A DNA stretch of 64,000 bases from Candidatus Omnitrophota bacterium (GCA_029261035.1 JAJDCD010000023.1:557126-621125), one strand, 5' to 3'; counted from the first letter of the stretch, positions 1-8,512 are shown. The notes: generated by a model from the sequence alone, not told the origin. A program made the numbers and translations.

Positions 1-4
1 CGTG

Positions 5-36
5 ATAGCCATCTGCCTATAGGTAGATGGCTATTT
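5..36 (-). terminator. hairpin downstream of slyD
   Basis: ATAGCCATCTGCC-TATA-GGTAGATGGCTAT inverted repeat just past the slyD stop; U-tail not clear. Confidence 0.45.
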
Positions 37-60
37 CAGATATCGTTTTTCAATTAGAGG

Positions 61-477
61 TTATGCAACCTCGATAACTTCAACTTCGAAATGAAGTTCT
101 TTTCCGGCTAAAGGGTGGTTGAAGTCTACAGTAACATTTTCGTCATCTAATTCTTTAACAATTCCACGAACGTTTTGTCCTTCGGGGGTTTGGCTTGTTA
201 AGATCATCCCTATTTCAAGAGGGTTAATATTTACCTGGGATTTAGGCACTTGTATAATTGCTTCCTGGTGAAAGGGGCCGTAAGCATCGTCTGGGCCTAT
301 AAAAACTTCTTTTTTATCTCCCGGCTTTAAGCCTTCTAGAGCGACTTCAAGCCCTTTAATAATCTGACCTGAACCCTGCTCGTATTCTAAAGGGTCTTTT
401 TCTAGTGAGCTATCAACAACTTCTTTATTAACTTTAAGCGTGTAATGTATTTTAACTTTCTTCCCGTTGCTGATCAT
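61..477 (-). CDS. slyD: FKBP-type peptidyl-prolyl cis-trans isomerase (SlyD, lacking His-rich tail)
   Basis: Motifs IIKGLE, P-x-DAYG, VDFNHPLAGKELHFEVEV. Confidence 0.9.
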   Translation of the reverse strand: MISNGKKVKIHYTLKVNKEVVDSSLEKDPLEYEQGSGQIIKGLEVALEGLKPGDKKEVFIGPDDAYGPFHQEAIIQVPKSQVNINPLEIGMILTSQTPEGQNVRGIVKELDDENVTVDFNHPLAGKELHFEVEVIEVA

Positions 478-545
478 GGAGTTCTCCTATATATAGTGAA
501 AATAAAGGGTTTGTATGAATTTCCTGAGTTGTGCTTAAAAATAGG

Positions 546-574
546 ATATTAATATTCGTTTTAAAATCTGTCAA
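546..574 (-). promoter_or_regulatory. sigma70-type promoter of slyD
   Basis: Minus strand TTGACA-17 nt-TAATAT. Confidence 0.55.
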
Positions 575-692
575 CACTTCATGTATTTAGAGTTATTTTT
601 GGTTTAAAGCGTAATTGTGACAGTGAATATGGTATTATGTCCAAAATCATGTTTTATTGACTAAAAATAGTCAATTAATTATAGGAGGAGTT

Positions 693-1010
693 ATGTTTAA
701 GAAGTTATGTTTATTGATGATTATTTCTGTTTTTGTTTTTGGTGGGACTTCTGTTTATGCGGAAAAAGGGGCAAGCGTTGCGGGTTTAGAACATGCAAGC
801 GATGAAGCTGTTTTTAATCGTGTGTCCGATTGGTTTGCAACGGTTGGCAAATCTCCAGAAGAAAAACAAGTTGTTCTAGCTAAAAGAAAAGCTGCTCGTA
901 TTGCTAAAAAAGCAGAAAAGAGGGCTAAAGCAAAAACTAAAGAGGCTGAAAAGGGAATGAAAGAAGCTAAAAAAGATATGAAGAGTGGTTTAAATAGTTT
1001 GTCTAAATAG
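693..1010 (+). CDS. exported hypothetical protein with Lys/Ala-rich C-terminus
   Basis: GGAGGAG SD before ATG 693; signal peptide ending VYA; followed by terminator. Confidence 0.75.
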   Translation: MFKKLCLLMIISVFVFGGTSVYAEKGASVAGLEHASDEAVFNRVSDWFATVGKSPEEKQVVLAKRKAARIAKKAEKRAKAKTKEAEKGMKEAKKDMKSGLNSLSK

Positions 1011-1024
1011 AATATTGTAATAAT

Positions 1025-1065
1025 AAAAAGGGGAGAATCTTATTTCAAGATTCTCCCCTTTTTTT
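1025..1065. terminator. bidirectional intrinsic terminator
   Basis: AAAAAGGGGAGAATCTT-loop-AAGATTCTCCCCTTTTTTT between convergent genes. Confidence 0.85.
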
Positions 1066-1077
1066 GTTTGCAGATAA

Positions 1078-1917
1078 TTAGAAGCTGATACTTGTGTCAA
1101 TCATGAAATAGAATTCATTATTTGGATTAACGGTATCAGATTTTGATACTTGATAAGCAAATGTTGGAGTTACAGCAACGTTGAATGGGAAAGAAAAGCC
1201 AACGCCCCATGTCTGAGTCCAATAGGCTAAACCATCTTCAAATCCGATTTGATTTCCAGAATAAAAACCAAAAGTGTTTGTATAAGCCAATGCAAGTCCT
1301 TCTTCTTGAAAAGGAAGTTTTTCACTGTAAGGAATAGGAACTTCAATTCCAAGATCGATCTGATGATACCAACCATCATCAATTCCCCCAGAGCCTACAT
1401 CTTTGTTACCAAAATCGTAAGCACCCATATAACCAACGCTCACAGGAATTTTATCTCCGAAGATAGGAAGATCAGTTCCTTCAGGAAGAGGAATGTAGTT
1501 AAGTGTAGCGCTAAATGCAAATTCATTAATGTCGCCATCACTGCTAGCATTGAAAAAATCATAATAGGTATATGTGGTACCTACGTTCAACCAATCAAAA
1601 ACATCCACATCAATACTTCCCCAGTAGTCTTGCTCGTCAAGAGCTTCGTTGCCACCTTCTAGAGCATAAGAACCCCAAAAACCACCCGCAAAGTTAACTT
1701 TACCAATGCTTGTGCCTATGGTTGCGTAAGGTTGAGTAGCCGGACCACCAGCAAATGTATCTATACCACGAAAAACATATTTCGTTACAAAGGTATTACC
1801 CACATCAAGACTAATTTCTTGTCCTCCAACTTCAAAAGCAGAAGCATAAGGTTGGAATCCTAATAGCAATGCTAGGAAACAACCTAAAATACTGTTTCTT
1901 AAGGTTTTCTTTTTCAT
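1078..1917 (-). CDS. outer-membrane beta-barrel, TorF/TIGR02001-like putative porin
   Basis: AGGAG SD before ATG 1917; signal peptide ASA; N-terminal TKYVFRG motif; aromatic-rich strands; C-terminal Phe. Confidence 0.7.
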   Translation of the reverse strand: MKKKTLRNSILGCFLALLLGFQPYASAFEVGGQEISLDVGNTFVTKYVFRGIDTFAGGPATQPYATIGTSIGKVNFAGGFWGSYALEGGNEALDEQDYWGSIDVDVFDWLNVGTTYTYYDFFNASSDGDINEFAFSATLNYIPLPEGTDLPIFGDKIPVSVGYMGAYDFGNKDVGSGGIDDGWYHQIDLGIEVPIPYSEKLPFQEEGLALAYTNTFGFYSGNQIGFEDGLAYWTQTWGVGFSFPFNVAVTPTFAYQVSKSDTVNPNNEFYFMIDTSISF

Positions 1918-2041
1918 TGATTTCTCCTGAGTTATAAATAATGTAAAAATTAACAAACACATCAATTTGTCGTCTTTTTACATTTTTGTCGTATCATTTA
2001 AGCATTATTACTTAAATTCTAAACAGATTACCAGATTATAT

Positions 2042-2058
2042 ATCAAAGTTTGTGCCAA
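2042..2058 (-). promoter_or_regulatory. possible sigma54 promoter of the porin gene
   Basis: Minus strand TTGGCAC-AAACT-TTGAT, matching TGGCAC-N5-TTGC except A at the conserved -12 C. Confidence 0.3.
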
Positions 2059-2085
2059 GAAAAAAAAAATATTCCTTTAATTAGA

Positions 2086-2117
2086 ATTAGGGGTTTTCTT
2101 GCTTGAAAACCCCTAAT
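2086..2117 (-). terminator. hairpin after DUF378 gene
   Basis: Perfect 13-bp stem ATTAGGGGTTTTC/GAAAACCCCTAAT. Confidence 0.65.
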
Positions 2118-2136
2118 GTACTAATGAGGAAGGAGC

Positions 2137-2355
2137 TTATGCGCTTTTTTTAACGCAAGGGCAGCATTTAAAGATCGAAACAATCAAAAGCAGGCCGGCA
2201 ACACCAATAAGGGTATAGACGACGGTTGAAGCAGTTGTGGCTTCTCCAAGAGCTTTAGAAACCAGGTTGACATCGAATAAGGCTACTAAGCCCCAGTTCA
2301 GTGCTCCTAATCCACCCAATAATGTAATGATCTTACAGACAATACATTTTTTCAT
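2137..2355 (-). CDS. DUF378 family small membrane protein
   Basis: GALNWGLVALFDVNLV and VYTLIGVAGL signature. Confidence 0.85.
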   Translation of the reverse strand: MKKCIVCKIITLLGGLGALNWGLVALFDVNLVSKALGEATTASTVVYTLIGVAGLLLIVSIFKCCPCVKKSA

Positions 2356-2401
2356 GTTGAGCCCCTTTTTTGTTATAGAGCCATTGGTTTCGACTCTATT
2401 G

Positions 2402-2809
2402 TTAAGATTTATGCAATAAACCTACAACGGCACCTGCAACAATCATCTGAACCATTCCTCCTAAAAACCAATAAATACATAAAATTGCTGGAATTGGAAG
2501 TACGGCGTACCAGGTTAATGAAGATAATGAGGATATTAATATTCCGATTAAAAACCCAAACTTAATACCTTGTCCAAGGCCTGCTTTTCCAGGATCGTAG
2601 CCTTTGCTATAGATAATCACAAAAACGGGGGCGAAAATGACATAACCGACCCACATGAGCCACATTAAAGACTGCATTTCAGCCTCAGGACGCCAAACAG
2701 CTGCTGTTTGTTGATAGATATCTTTTAGTAGAATTCCGTGAAGAACAAAATCTAGAATGAAGAAGACGATGAAGACGGCAATGCTTGCTATTAGACATTG
2801 TTTTTTCAT
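2402..2809 (-). CDS. four-TM membrane protein (DUF1761-like)
   Basis: GGAGG SD before ATG 2809; four hydrophobic helices; WRP motif. Confidence 0.7.
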   Translation of the reverse strand: MKKQCLIASIAVFIVFFILDFVLHGILLKDIYQQTAAVWRPEAEMQSLMWLMWVGYVIFAPVFVIIYSKGYDPGKAGLGQGIKFGFLIGILISSLSSLTWYAVLPIPAILCIYWFLGGMVQMIVAGAVVGLLHKS

Positions 2810-2996
2810 GTAAGCACCTCCTTGTTCGAAACTTTTTGAAATGAAACAAACCGTTATCATATATGCATATAAGTACAATTTATAGGAATGACATTAGCGG
2901 ATTATGAGACTATTTTCAAGTACTTTCGGTTTATCTCAAATGACGACTTGATTCATATCTAAAGTTTCTATTTGGCTTTCCTCAGTTGGGTACCTA

Positions 2997-3024
2997 GTGT
3001 GCGGGGTCTTTAGACCTGGCACAC
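2997..3024. repeat. GTGCCAGG-type palindrome, copy 1
   Basis: GTGTGCGGGGTCT-TT-AGACCTGGCACAC, related to 48409-48438. Confidence 0.45.
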
Positions 3025-3110
3025 ACAAAAACTTTATTGCCCAATGTTTGTTACAGGTTGCAAAACAAGTACTTATGAATTAAATATCTTTTAAATTATA
3101 TTATCAATCC

Positions 3111-3138
3111 TTGACAACTATCTTATCTTATTTAATAT
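3111..3138 (+). promoter_or_regulatory. sigma70-type promoter of topA
   Basis: TTGACA-16 nt-TAATAT. Confidence 0.5.
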
Positions 3139-3206
3139 ACGTTAACAGCTAGGGCAGACTATATATAGCAGCAAGTAGCTAATACTAAATATACAAAGGA
3201 TTTATT

Positions 3207-5807
3207 ATGGCTCAAAATAATTTAAAAGGGCTCGTGATTGTAGAATCTCCAACAAAGGTTAAGAAAATTGGAGGTTTTCTTTCAAAAGATTATAAGGTTA
3301 TGGCTTGTGTTGGCCATGTTCGAGATCTTCCTGCCAATTCGACAGAAGTTCCTGCAGATGTGAAAAAAGAATCATGGGCTTCATTAGGGGTTAATGTAGA
3401 TAAGGACTTTGAACCTCTTTATGTGGTTCCTAAGGCAAAGAAAAAGGTTATCAAGGATCTTAAAGATGCGGCCAAAAATGCGGCAGAGCTTATAATCGCG
3501 ACGGACGAAGACCGAGAAGGAGAAAGTATTGGTTGGCATTTGGTAGAGATTCTAAACCCTAAAGTGCCCGTCAAACGGATGGTATTTTCGGAAATCACGA
3601 AAGAGGCTATTCAGGAAGCTATTCAGAATCCGAGAGAGATTAATCAAAATTTAGTTAATGCTCAGGAAACCAGAAGAGTTTTAGACCGTCTTTTCGGGTA
3701 TACGCTGAGTCCCTTATTATGGAAAAAGGTGGCTCGTGGATTATCTGCAGGACGTGTTCAATCTGTTGCCACTCGTTTACTCGTGCTTCGAGAGTTAGAA
3801 AGAATGGCTTTTAAAAGTGGACAGTATTGGGATTTGAAAGCAGAACTTGCTACAGAGAAAGATGAAAGGTTTACAGCGAAGTTAAATAAACTTAAAGGAA
3901 CAAAAGTTGCCTCTGGAAAAGATTTTGACGAATCAACAGGTAAGCTAAAAAAAGACGCAAAGGTGCTCTTGTTGTCAGAGGAAGATGCTGTAAGTTTACG
4001 GGATAAAATAGTAGGACAACCTTGGGTTGTTTCTAAGATTGAAGAGAGAAAACAAACTAGAAAACCTTATGCTCCATTTACAACGAGTAGCCTTCAGCAA
4101 GAATCAAATCGCAAACTGGGTTTTACAGCTAGGCAGACCATGCAAATTGCACAAGGGTTGTATGAAAATGGGCACATTACTTATATGAGAACCGATAGCA
4201 CTAATTTGTCCAAGGAAGCTTTAAGCGCAACAAGAAAAAGAGTTGAAGAAAAATATGGAAAAGAATACCTATCACCGGAACCTCGTCAATTTACAAAAAA
4301 ATCTAAGGGAGCTCAAGAAGCGCATGAAGCTATTCGTCCTGCAGGTGGAGAAATGAAGACGTCAGAAGAGTTAGGTCTTTCAGGTCCGGGACATAAACTC
4401 TATTCTTTGATTTGGAAGAGAACCATGGCAACTCAGATGGCCGAAGCCAAATTGCGTTTTCAGACGGTGACGATTTCAGTTGATGATGCGGAGTTTAGAG
4501 CTGTGGGTAAGAGAGTGGATTTCCCTGGTTTTTTCAGAGCTTATGTTGAAGGGGTGGATGATCCTGAGGCGGCTTTGGACGATCAAGAAGAAAATTTACC
4601 TCATTTAGAAGAAAAACAATCTGTAGATTGTAAGGATTTGGAGTCTTTGGTGCATGAAACAAAACCACCCGCTCGATATACAGAAGCTACTCTTGTGAAA
4701 GGGTTGGAAGAAGACGGGATTGGGAGGCCTAGTACTTACGCATCTATTATTGGGACGATTCAGGATCGAGGGTATGTTGTTAAAGTGGGAACTCAGTTAG
4801 TTCCAACGTTTACAGCGATTGCTGTTAACCAACTTTTAGAACGAAACTTTTCTCGCCTGGTTGATTTTAGTTTTACAGCAGAGATGGAAAAATATTTAGA
4901 TGACATTGCTTCGGGAGATCGGGATCGGTTACAGTATCTTCAAGATTTTTATTCTGGAGCAGAAGGGCTTGCAGAACAAGTTAAAACTAAAGAGGCTTCT
5001 ATTGACGCTAGAGAAACTTGCACGCTGAAGTTGGCAGGGCTTGATACAGATATTCGTGTTGGACGTTATGGACCTTTTTTTGAGAAAGAAGAAGCGGGAG
5101 AAAAAATAACGGCTTCTATTCCTCCAAATATTGCGCCTGCTGATTTAGATAATGATATGATTGAAAAATTGTTGTATGAAAAAAAGCAAGGCCCAACCTC
5201 CTTAGGAGAGCATCCGGAAACATCCTTACCTGTTTATGTTTTACGAGGCCCCTTTGGTCCTTATGTTCAAATGGGGGATGTTACAGAAGAAAATAAAAAA
5301 CCTAAAAGAACCAGCATTCCTAAAAACCGAGAGCCGGAATCTGTGGATATGGAAATTGCCATAGCTTTGCTAGGTCTTCCTAAAAAATTGGGAGAACATC
5401 CCGAAACAGGTAAAGTGGTGAATGCGGCGATTGGACGTTATGGTCCTTATGTGACGCATAATGGAGTCTTTAAGTCGTTAGGAAAAGATTATGATGTTTT
5501 GACTGTTGATTTGGACACAGCTGTTGAGTTGTTAAAGCAAGCTAAATCCAGAGCTACAGCCACTCCGATCAAAGAGTTAGGGAAGCATCCTGATGATGAA
5601 CAGCTTGTTGCTATTTACGATGGACGTTATGGCCCCTATGTGAAGCATGGAAAAATAAATGCGACCATTCCAAAAGGATATGAGATTGACCAGGTTTCAT
5701 TAGAAGAAGCAGTTCAGTGGGTGAATGATAAAGCAGCTCAAAAAGGTGGTAAGAAGAAAGTTGCTAAGAAGAAAAAAGCAGCTAAGAAGAAAAGAAAAAA
5801 AGAATAA
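3207..5807 (+). CDS. topA: DNA topoisomerase I (type IA) with zinc-free C-terminal repeats
   Basis: IVESPTK, ATDEDREGE, SAGRVQS, ITYMRTDS, GIGRPSTY; GRYGPY repeats; Lys-rich tail. Confidence 0.97.
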   Translation: MAQNNLKGLVIVESPTKVKKIGGFLSKDYKVMACVGHVRDLPANSTEVPADVKKESWASLGVNVDKDFEPLYVVPKAKKKVIKDLKDAAKNAAELIIATDEDREGESIGWHLVEILNPKVPVKRMVFSEITKEAIQEAIQNPREINQNLVNAQETRRVLDRLFGYTLSPLLWKKVARGLSAGRVQSVATRLLVLRELERMAFKSGQYWDLKAELATEKDERFTAKLNKLKGTKVASGKDFDESTGKLKKDAKVLLLSEEDAVSLRDKIVGQPWVVSKIEERKQTRKPYAPFTTSSLQQESNRKLGFTARQTMQIAQGLYENGHITYMRTDSTNLSKEALSATRKRVEEKYGKEYLSPEPRQFTKKSKGAQEAHEAIRPAGGEMKTSEELGLSGPGHKLYSLIWKRTMATQMAEAKLRFQTVTISVDDAEFRAVGKRVDFPGFFRAYVEGVDDPEAALDDQEENLPHLEEKQSVDCKDLESLVHETKPPARYTEATLVKGLEEDGIGRPSTYASIIGTIQDRGYVVKVGTQLVPTFTAIAVNQLLERNFSRLVDFSFTAEMEKYLDDIASGDRDRLQYLQDFYSGAEGLAEQVKTKEASIDARETCTLKLAGLDTDIRVGRYGPFFEKEEAGEKITASIPPNIAPADLDNDMIEKLLYEKKQGPTSLGEHPETSLPVYVLRGPFGPYVQMGDVTEENKKPKRTSIPKNREPESVDMEIAIALLGLPKKLGEHPETGKVVNAAIGRYGPYVTHNGVFKSLGKDYDVLTVDLDTAVELLKQAKSRATATPIKELGKHPDDEQLVAIYDGRYGPYVKHGKINATIPKGYEIDQVSLEEAVQWVNDKAAQKGGKKKVAKKKKAAKKKRKKE

Positions 5808-5867
5808 AATATCTTGTTATAATATGTGCTTGTTTATTCAATTAAATGAAACAGAAGGAAGTAAGCA

Positions 5868-5987
5868 ATGAAAAAAGTAATATTTGTTGTTCTTTGTTTG
5901 GTTGTTCTTTCCTCTTTTTATGGATGTGAAACAGTTAAAGGAGTAGGTAAAGACATTACCAGTCTTGGCGAAGCTATGAGTGGCTAG
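5868..5987 (+). CDS. entericidin EcnA/B-like small lipoprotein (39 aa, not in ORF track)
   Basis: Translates MKKVIFVVLCLVVLSSFYG-CETVKGVGKDITSLGEAMSG; C-x-T-x-x-G-x-G-x-D-I signature; AAGGAAG upstream; hairpin downstream. Confidence 0.85.
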   Translation: MKKVIFVVLCLVVLSSFYGCETVKGVGKDITSLGEAMSG

Positions 5988-6005
5988 TCGAACCTGCATT
6001 GTTTT

Positions 6006-6039
6006 GAGGGTAAAAAAATTTTCTACCCTCATTTTGTTT
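6006..6039 (+). terminator. intrinsic terminator after entericidin-like gene
   Basis: GAGGGTA...TACCCTC stem followed by ATTTTGTTTT. Confidence 0.6.
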
Positions 6040-6058
6040 TTAAAAAGGATTAGGAACT

Positions 6059-6286
6059 ATGGAAACAAAGAGAAGAAGTATAGTTAAGGCAATTAGTTGG
6101 CGGTTTTTTGCTACATTTATTACTGCTGTGATTGTTTGGGCTTTAACGGGGGAGTTAAAGTTTGCTGCAACAGTAGGCTTATTGGATACGGTTTTTAAAC
6201 TCTTCATTTATTTTTTCCATGAAAGAATTTGGCTTAGAATTCCTTTTGGACGCGAAGTGTCCAAACCTCCAGAATACGAAATCTAA
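6059..6286 (+). CDS. DUF2061 family membrane protein
   Basis: RRSIVKAISWR ... YFFHERIW signature. Confidence 0.85.
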   Translation: METKRRSIVKAISWRFFATFITAVIVWALTGELKFAATVGLLDTVFKLFIYFFHERIWLRIPFGREVSKPPEYEI

Positions 6287-6303
6287 ATAAAACTAGCCGG
6301 TAT

Positions 6304-6795
6304 TTATTTTATAAAGGAATTTTTCTTGGAAGAATTTTTGCTGACGGTTTCTTCGAGTAGGTCTAAATCATTGAGAAGCAGAAAATAGCCAATATGCATT
6401 TCTCCATTAGAGAGTCTTACATAGTGGGGTTTTCCACTGGTAGATCTCCAAATATGATCTCTCATAAATTCTCGAGCGGTTTGGCCTTCCTCATAGCGAT
6501 TTTCTAGAAGCCACATTCCGCCATCGTAGGCATCTCCTGATGTGTAGACATCTCCATCACGAAAAAATTGATACTCTGTCTTTTTCAAGACGCGTCTTAA
6601 TAGGAAGAGACACTTGTCTCTTTCGCTTTGACTGCTTTTCAAAAAGAGTTTGTATGCTTGGGTGTTCTCTAGAGGTGTTTCTCCAAGGTAAACAACAGTT
6701 CCGTCAGGGGAAACCCCTTGAAGGTAGGTAGAACAACTTGTGAATAGAAGACACAATATAAGTAGAGGTTGAATTATTAAAGAATATTTATTCAT
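6304..6795 (-). CDS. YfeK/DUF5329-like lipoprotein
   Basis: Lipobox FTSC; F-x-RDG, TAREF and STSGKPHY motifs. Confidence 0.6.
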   Translation of the reverse strand: MNKYSLIIQPLLILCLLFTSCSTYLQGVSPDGTVVYLGETPLENTQAYKLFLKSSQSERDKCLFLLRRVLKKTEYQFFRDGDVYTSGDAYDGGMWLLENRYEEGQTAREFMRDHIWRSTSGKPHYVRLSNGEMHIGYFLLLNDLDLLEETVSKNSSKKNSFIK

Positions 6796-6910
6796 AAGTA
6801 ATCTCGCTTTAAATAGTTTTGTCCTGGATTAATATATCGGCAAAGAACAGGTAAATATTAAGGAAGTTTTTTTGATATGAAGCTATATTGAGGAGAGGCT
6901 ATAGTCTGAA

Positions 6911-7789
6911 TTATTTTAGGCCAGCTTTCTTATAAATTTCTGTGATAGGCTTTTCTTTGTTGAGGGTGTAGAAATGAATGCCGGGCACTCCATGAGCAAG
7001 AAGATCTTGGCATTGTTTGGCTGCAAAATCGATTCCGAATTTTTCTATAGAATCATTGTCATCTCCGTATTCATCTAACTTGTCTTGTAAATTTTTAGGT
7101 ATTTTAGAACCACACATCTTTGCAAATCGTTGGATTTGTTTTCCGTTGGTTACAGGGATAAGACCTGGAATAATGGGTTGGGTGATTCCTAAAGCTCTTA
7201 CTTTTTCTTCAAAGGCATAAAAATCATTATTATCAAAAAAAAGCTGTGTCGTGATGATGTCGCTTCCGGCATCCATCTTAATTTTTAAATTATTCAAGTC
7301 TGTTGTTAAATCGGAGCATTCAATATGGCCTTCGGGGTAACCCGCGACGATTAAACAAAAGTAATCTTTGAAGTCGGGGTGTTGACGAATAAAAGATACA
7401 AGCTCATTGGCATACTGAAAACCGTTTTCTATTTTTTCGGGTTCAGAGCCATCTTGGGGCGCATCCCCTCTAAGGGCTACGATGTTTTCTACTTCTTTTT
7501 CTTTTAGCTCATATAAAAGCTCTTCCATTTGTTTTTTATCATGAGCAATACAAGTAAGATGAGAAGCTACTTCTAGCTGAAAGTCTTTTTTTATTTTTTC
7601 TATAATTTCGAAAGTGTTTGTGCGAGTGCTTCCCATAGCTCCATACGTACAGGTGACGTAGGAAGGTTCTAACGTTTTGAGAGCTTTAATCGTTTCAAAG
7701 AGTTTCTCAGAGGCCTCAGGGGTCTTTGGAGGAAAAAACTCGAACGAGAAAACAGGTTTATCTTGTGTGTAAAATTCGGATACCTTCAT
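6911..7789 (-). CDS. metF: 5,10-methylenetetrahydrofolate reductase
   Basis: SFEFFPPK, TYGAMGS, HLTC, ALRGD, AGYPEGH, TQLFFD, HFYTLN; start moved to MKVSEF at 7789. Confidence 0.95.
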   Translation of the reverse strand: MKVSEFYTQDKPVFSFEFFPPKTPEASEKLFETIKALKTLEPSYVTCTYGAMGSTRTNTFEIIEKIKKDFQLEVASHLTCIAHDKKQMEELLYELKEKEVENIVALRGDAPQDGSEPEKIENGFQYANELVSFIRQHPDFKDYFCLIVAGYPEGHIECSDLTTDLNNLKIKMDAGSDIITTQLFFDNNDFYAFEEKVRALGITQPIIPGLIPVTNGKQIQRFAKMCGSKIPKNLQDKLDEYGDDNDSIEKFGIDFAAKQCQDLLAHGVPGIHFYTLNKEKPITEIYKKAGLK

Positions 7790-7846
7790 AAGGAGATATA
7801 TAATAAACGATTTCTCGAGAATCAAAAAGCATAAATTTAGTTTATT

Positions 7847-7855
7847 TGCTATAAT
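7847..7855 (+). promoter_or_regulatory. extended -10 promoter of the RAPP leader cassette
   Basis: TGCTATAAT about 20 nt upstream of GTG 7875, with AAGGAG SD in between. Confidence 0.55.
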
Positions 7856-7874
7856 TGTGTTGTAAGGAGTTTTT

Positions 7875-8288
7875 GTGAACCGATGGGTTAAATCATTTCT
7901 TTTGACAGGGCTTTTAACGGCTGTTTGCTTTTCCTTAAACTTTTGCACTCTTCAAAGTGCATTTGCTGTAGGAGAGGCATCTTCGTGCCACGGTGTGTCT
8001 AAGTCTCAAGTGGAACAGGTTAGCTGTCATGGGTCTCAAGAGAAGTCTGATTTTCCTATTCAAAAATTAGAATGCTGTTTTGATTCTATAAAAGTAGAGT
8101 CGGGCTCATTTCAGAGCCGTTCTGATTTTTATCTCGATTTATTTGATTCTTTATTGCTTCCTTATCCTATTCAAATTCCTCAAGAAGTAAAACCGCTATT
8201 TGAGCACACACATAATTTCTCTTCTTTTATTGTTTCAAATGTTGTTAATCATACGTTTGCCTTGCGGGCACCTCCTGTAGTTCGATAA
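7875..8288 (+). CDS. DUF2946/CruR-like exported leader protein with C-terminal RAPP arrest-like motif
   Basis: N-terminal signal/TM; SCHG twice and ECC; ends FALRAPPVVR. Confidence 0.75.
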   Translation: MNRWVKSFLLTGLLTAVCFSLNFCTLQSAFAVGEASSCHGVSKSQVEQVSCHGSQEKSDFPIQKLECCFDSIKVESGSFQSRSDFYLDLFDSLLLPYPIQIPQEVKPLFEHTHNFSSFIVSNVVNHTFALRAPPVVR

Positions 8289-8340
8289 AACTAAATTGTT
8301 CTGTTTTTAAATTTAAATTATTGAATTCAAAGGAGTGTGT
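8268..8340 (+). promoter_or_regulatory. SD-sequestering hairpin between RAPP codons and downstream micropeptide gene
   Basis: GCACCTCCT (8268-8276) pairs with AGGAGTGTGT (8331-8340) with one bulge; AGTTCGATAA (8279-8288) pairs with TTATTGAATT (8318-8327) with G-U pairs. Confidence 0.6.
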
Positions 8341-8341
8341 T

Positions 8342-8470
8342 ATGAATAAAATTAATTTGTTATTTTCAATGATGTTAGTTGCTGTAGTGGTATTCACAGC
8401 AACAAATGCATTTGCGAATGCATGTTGTGCTGCAGTTGTTTGTTGCGCGCCACAAGCAGCTTGTTGCTAA
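8342..8470 (+). CDS. secreted Cys-rich micropeptide, metallothionein-like (42 aa, not in ORF track)
   Basis: MNKINLLFSMMLVAVVVFTATNAFA-NACCAAVVCCAPQAACC; AAGGAG SD; Sec signal with AFA cleavage site; terminator immediately after. Confidence 0.8.
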   Translation: MNKINLLFSMMLVAVVVFTATNAFANACCAAVVCCAPQAACC

Positions 8471-8476
8471 ACACCA

Positions 8477-8507
8477 AGGGCCAGGATTTATTCCTGGCCC
8501 TTTTTTT
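8477..8507. terminator. intrinsic terminator closing the RAPP cassette
   Basis: AAGGGCCAGGA-TTTAT-TCCTGGCCCTTTTTTT. Confidence 0.85.
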
Positions 8508-8512
8508 AAAGA

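Noticed and set aside
5838-6032. 64-aa minus-strand ORF in the track
   Set aside because: It is the antisense shadow of the entericidin-like gene
7790-7948. N-terminal extension of metF or a SAM riboswitch leader
   Set aside because: The extension overlaps the divergent leader gene, MetF-like sequence starts at MKVSEF, and no riboswitch-like structure is visible
8342-8470. RiPP precursor such as a ranthipeptide or lanthipeptide
   Set aside because: It has a Sec signal rather than a RiPP leader, and no radical SAM, LanM or peptidase-transporter gene is nearby
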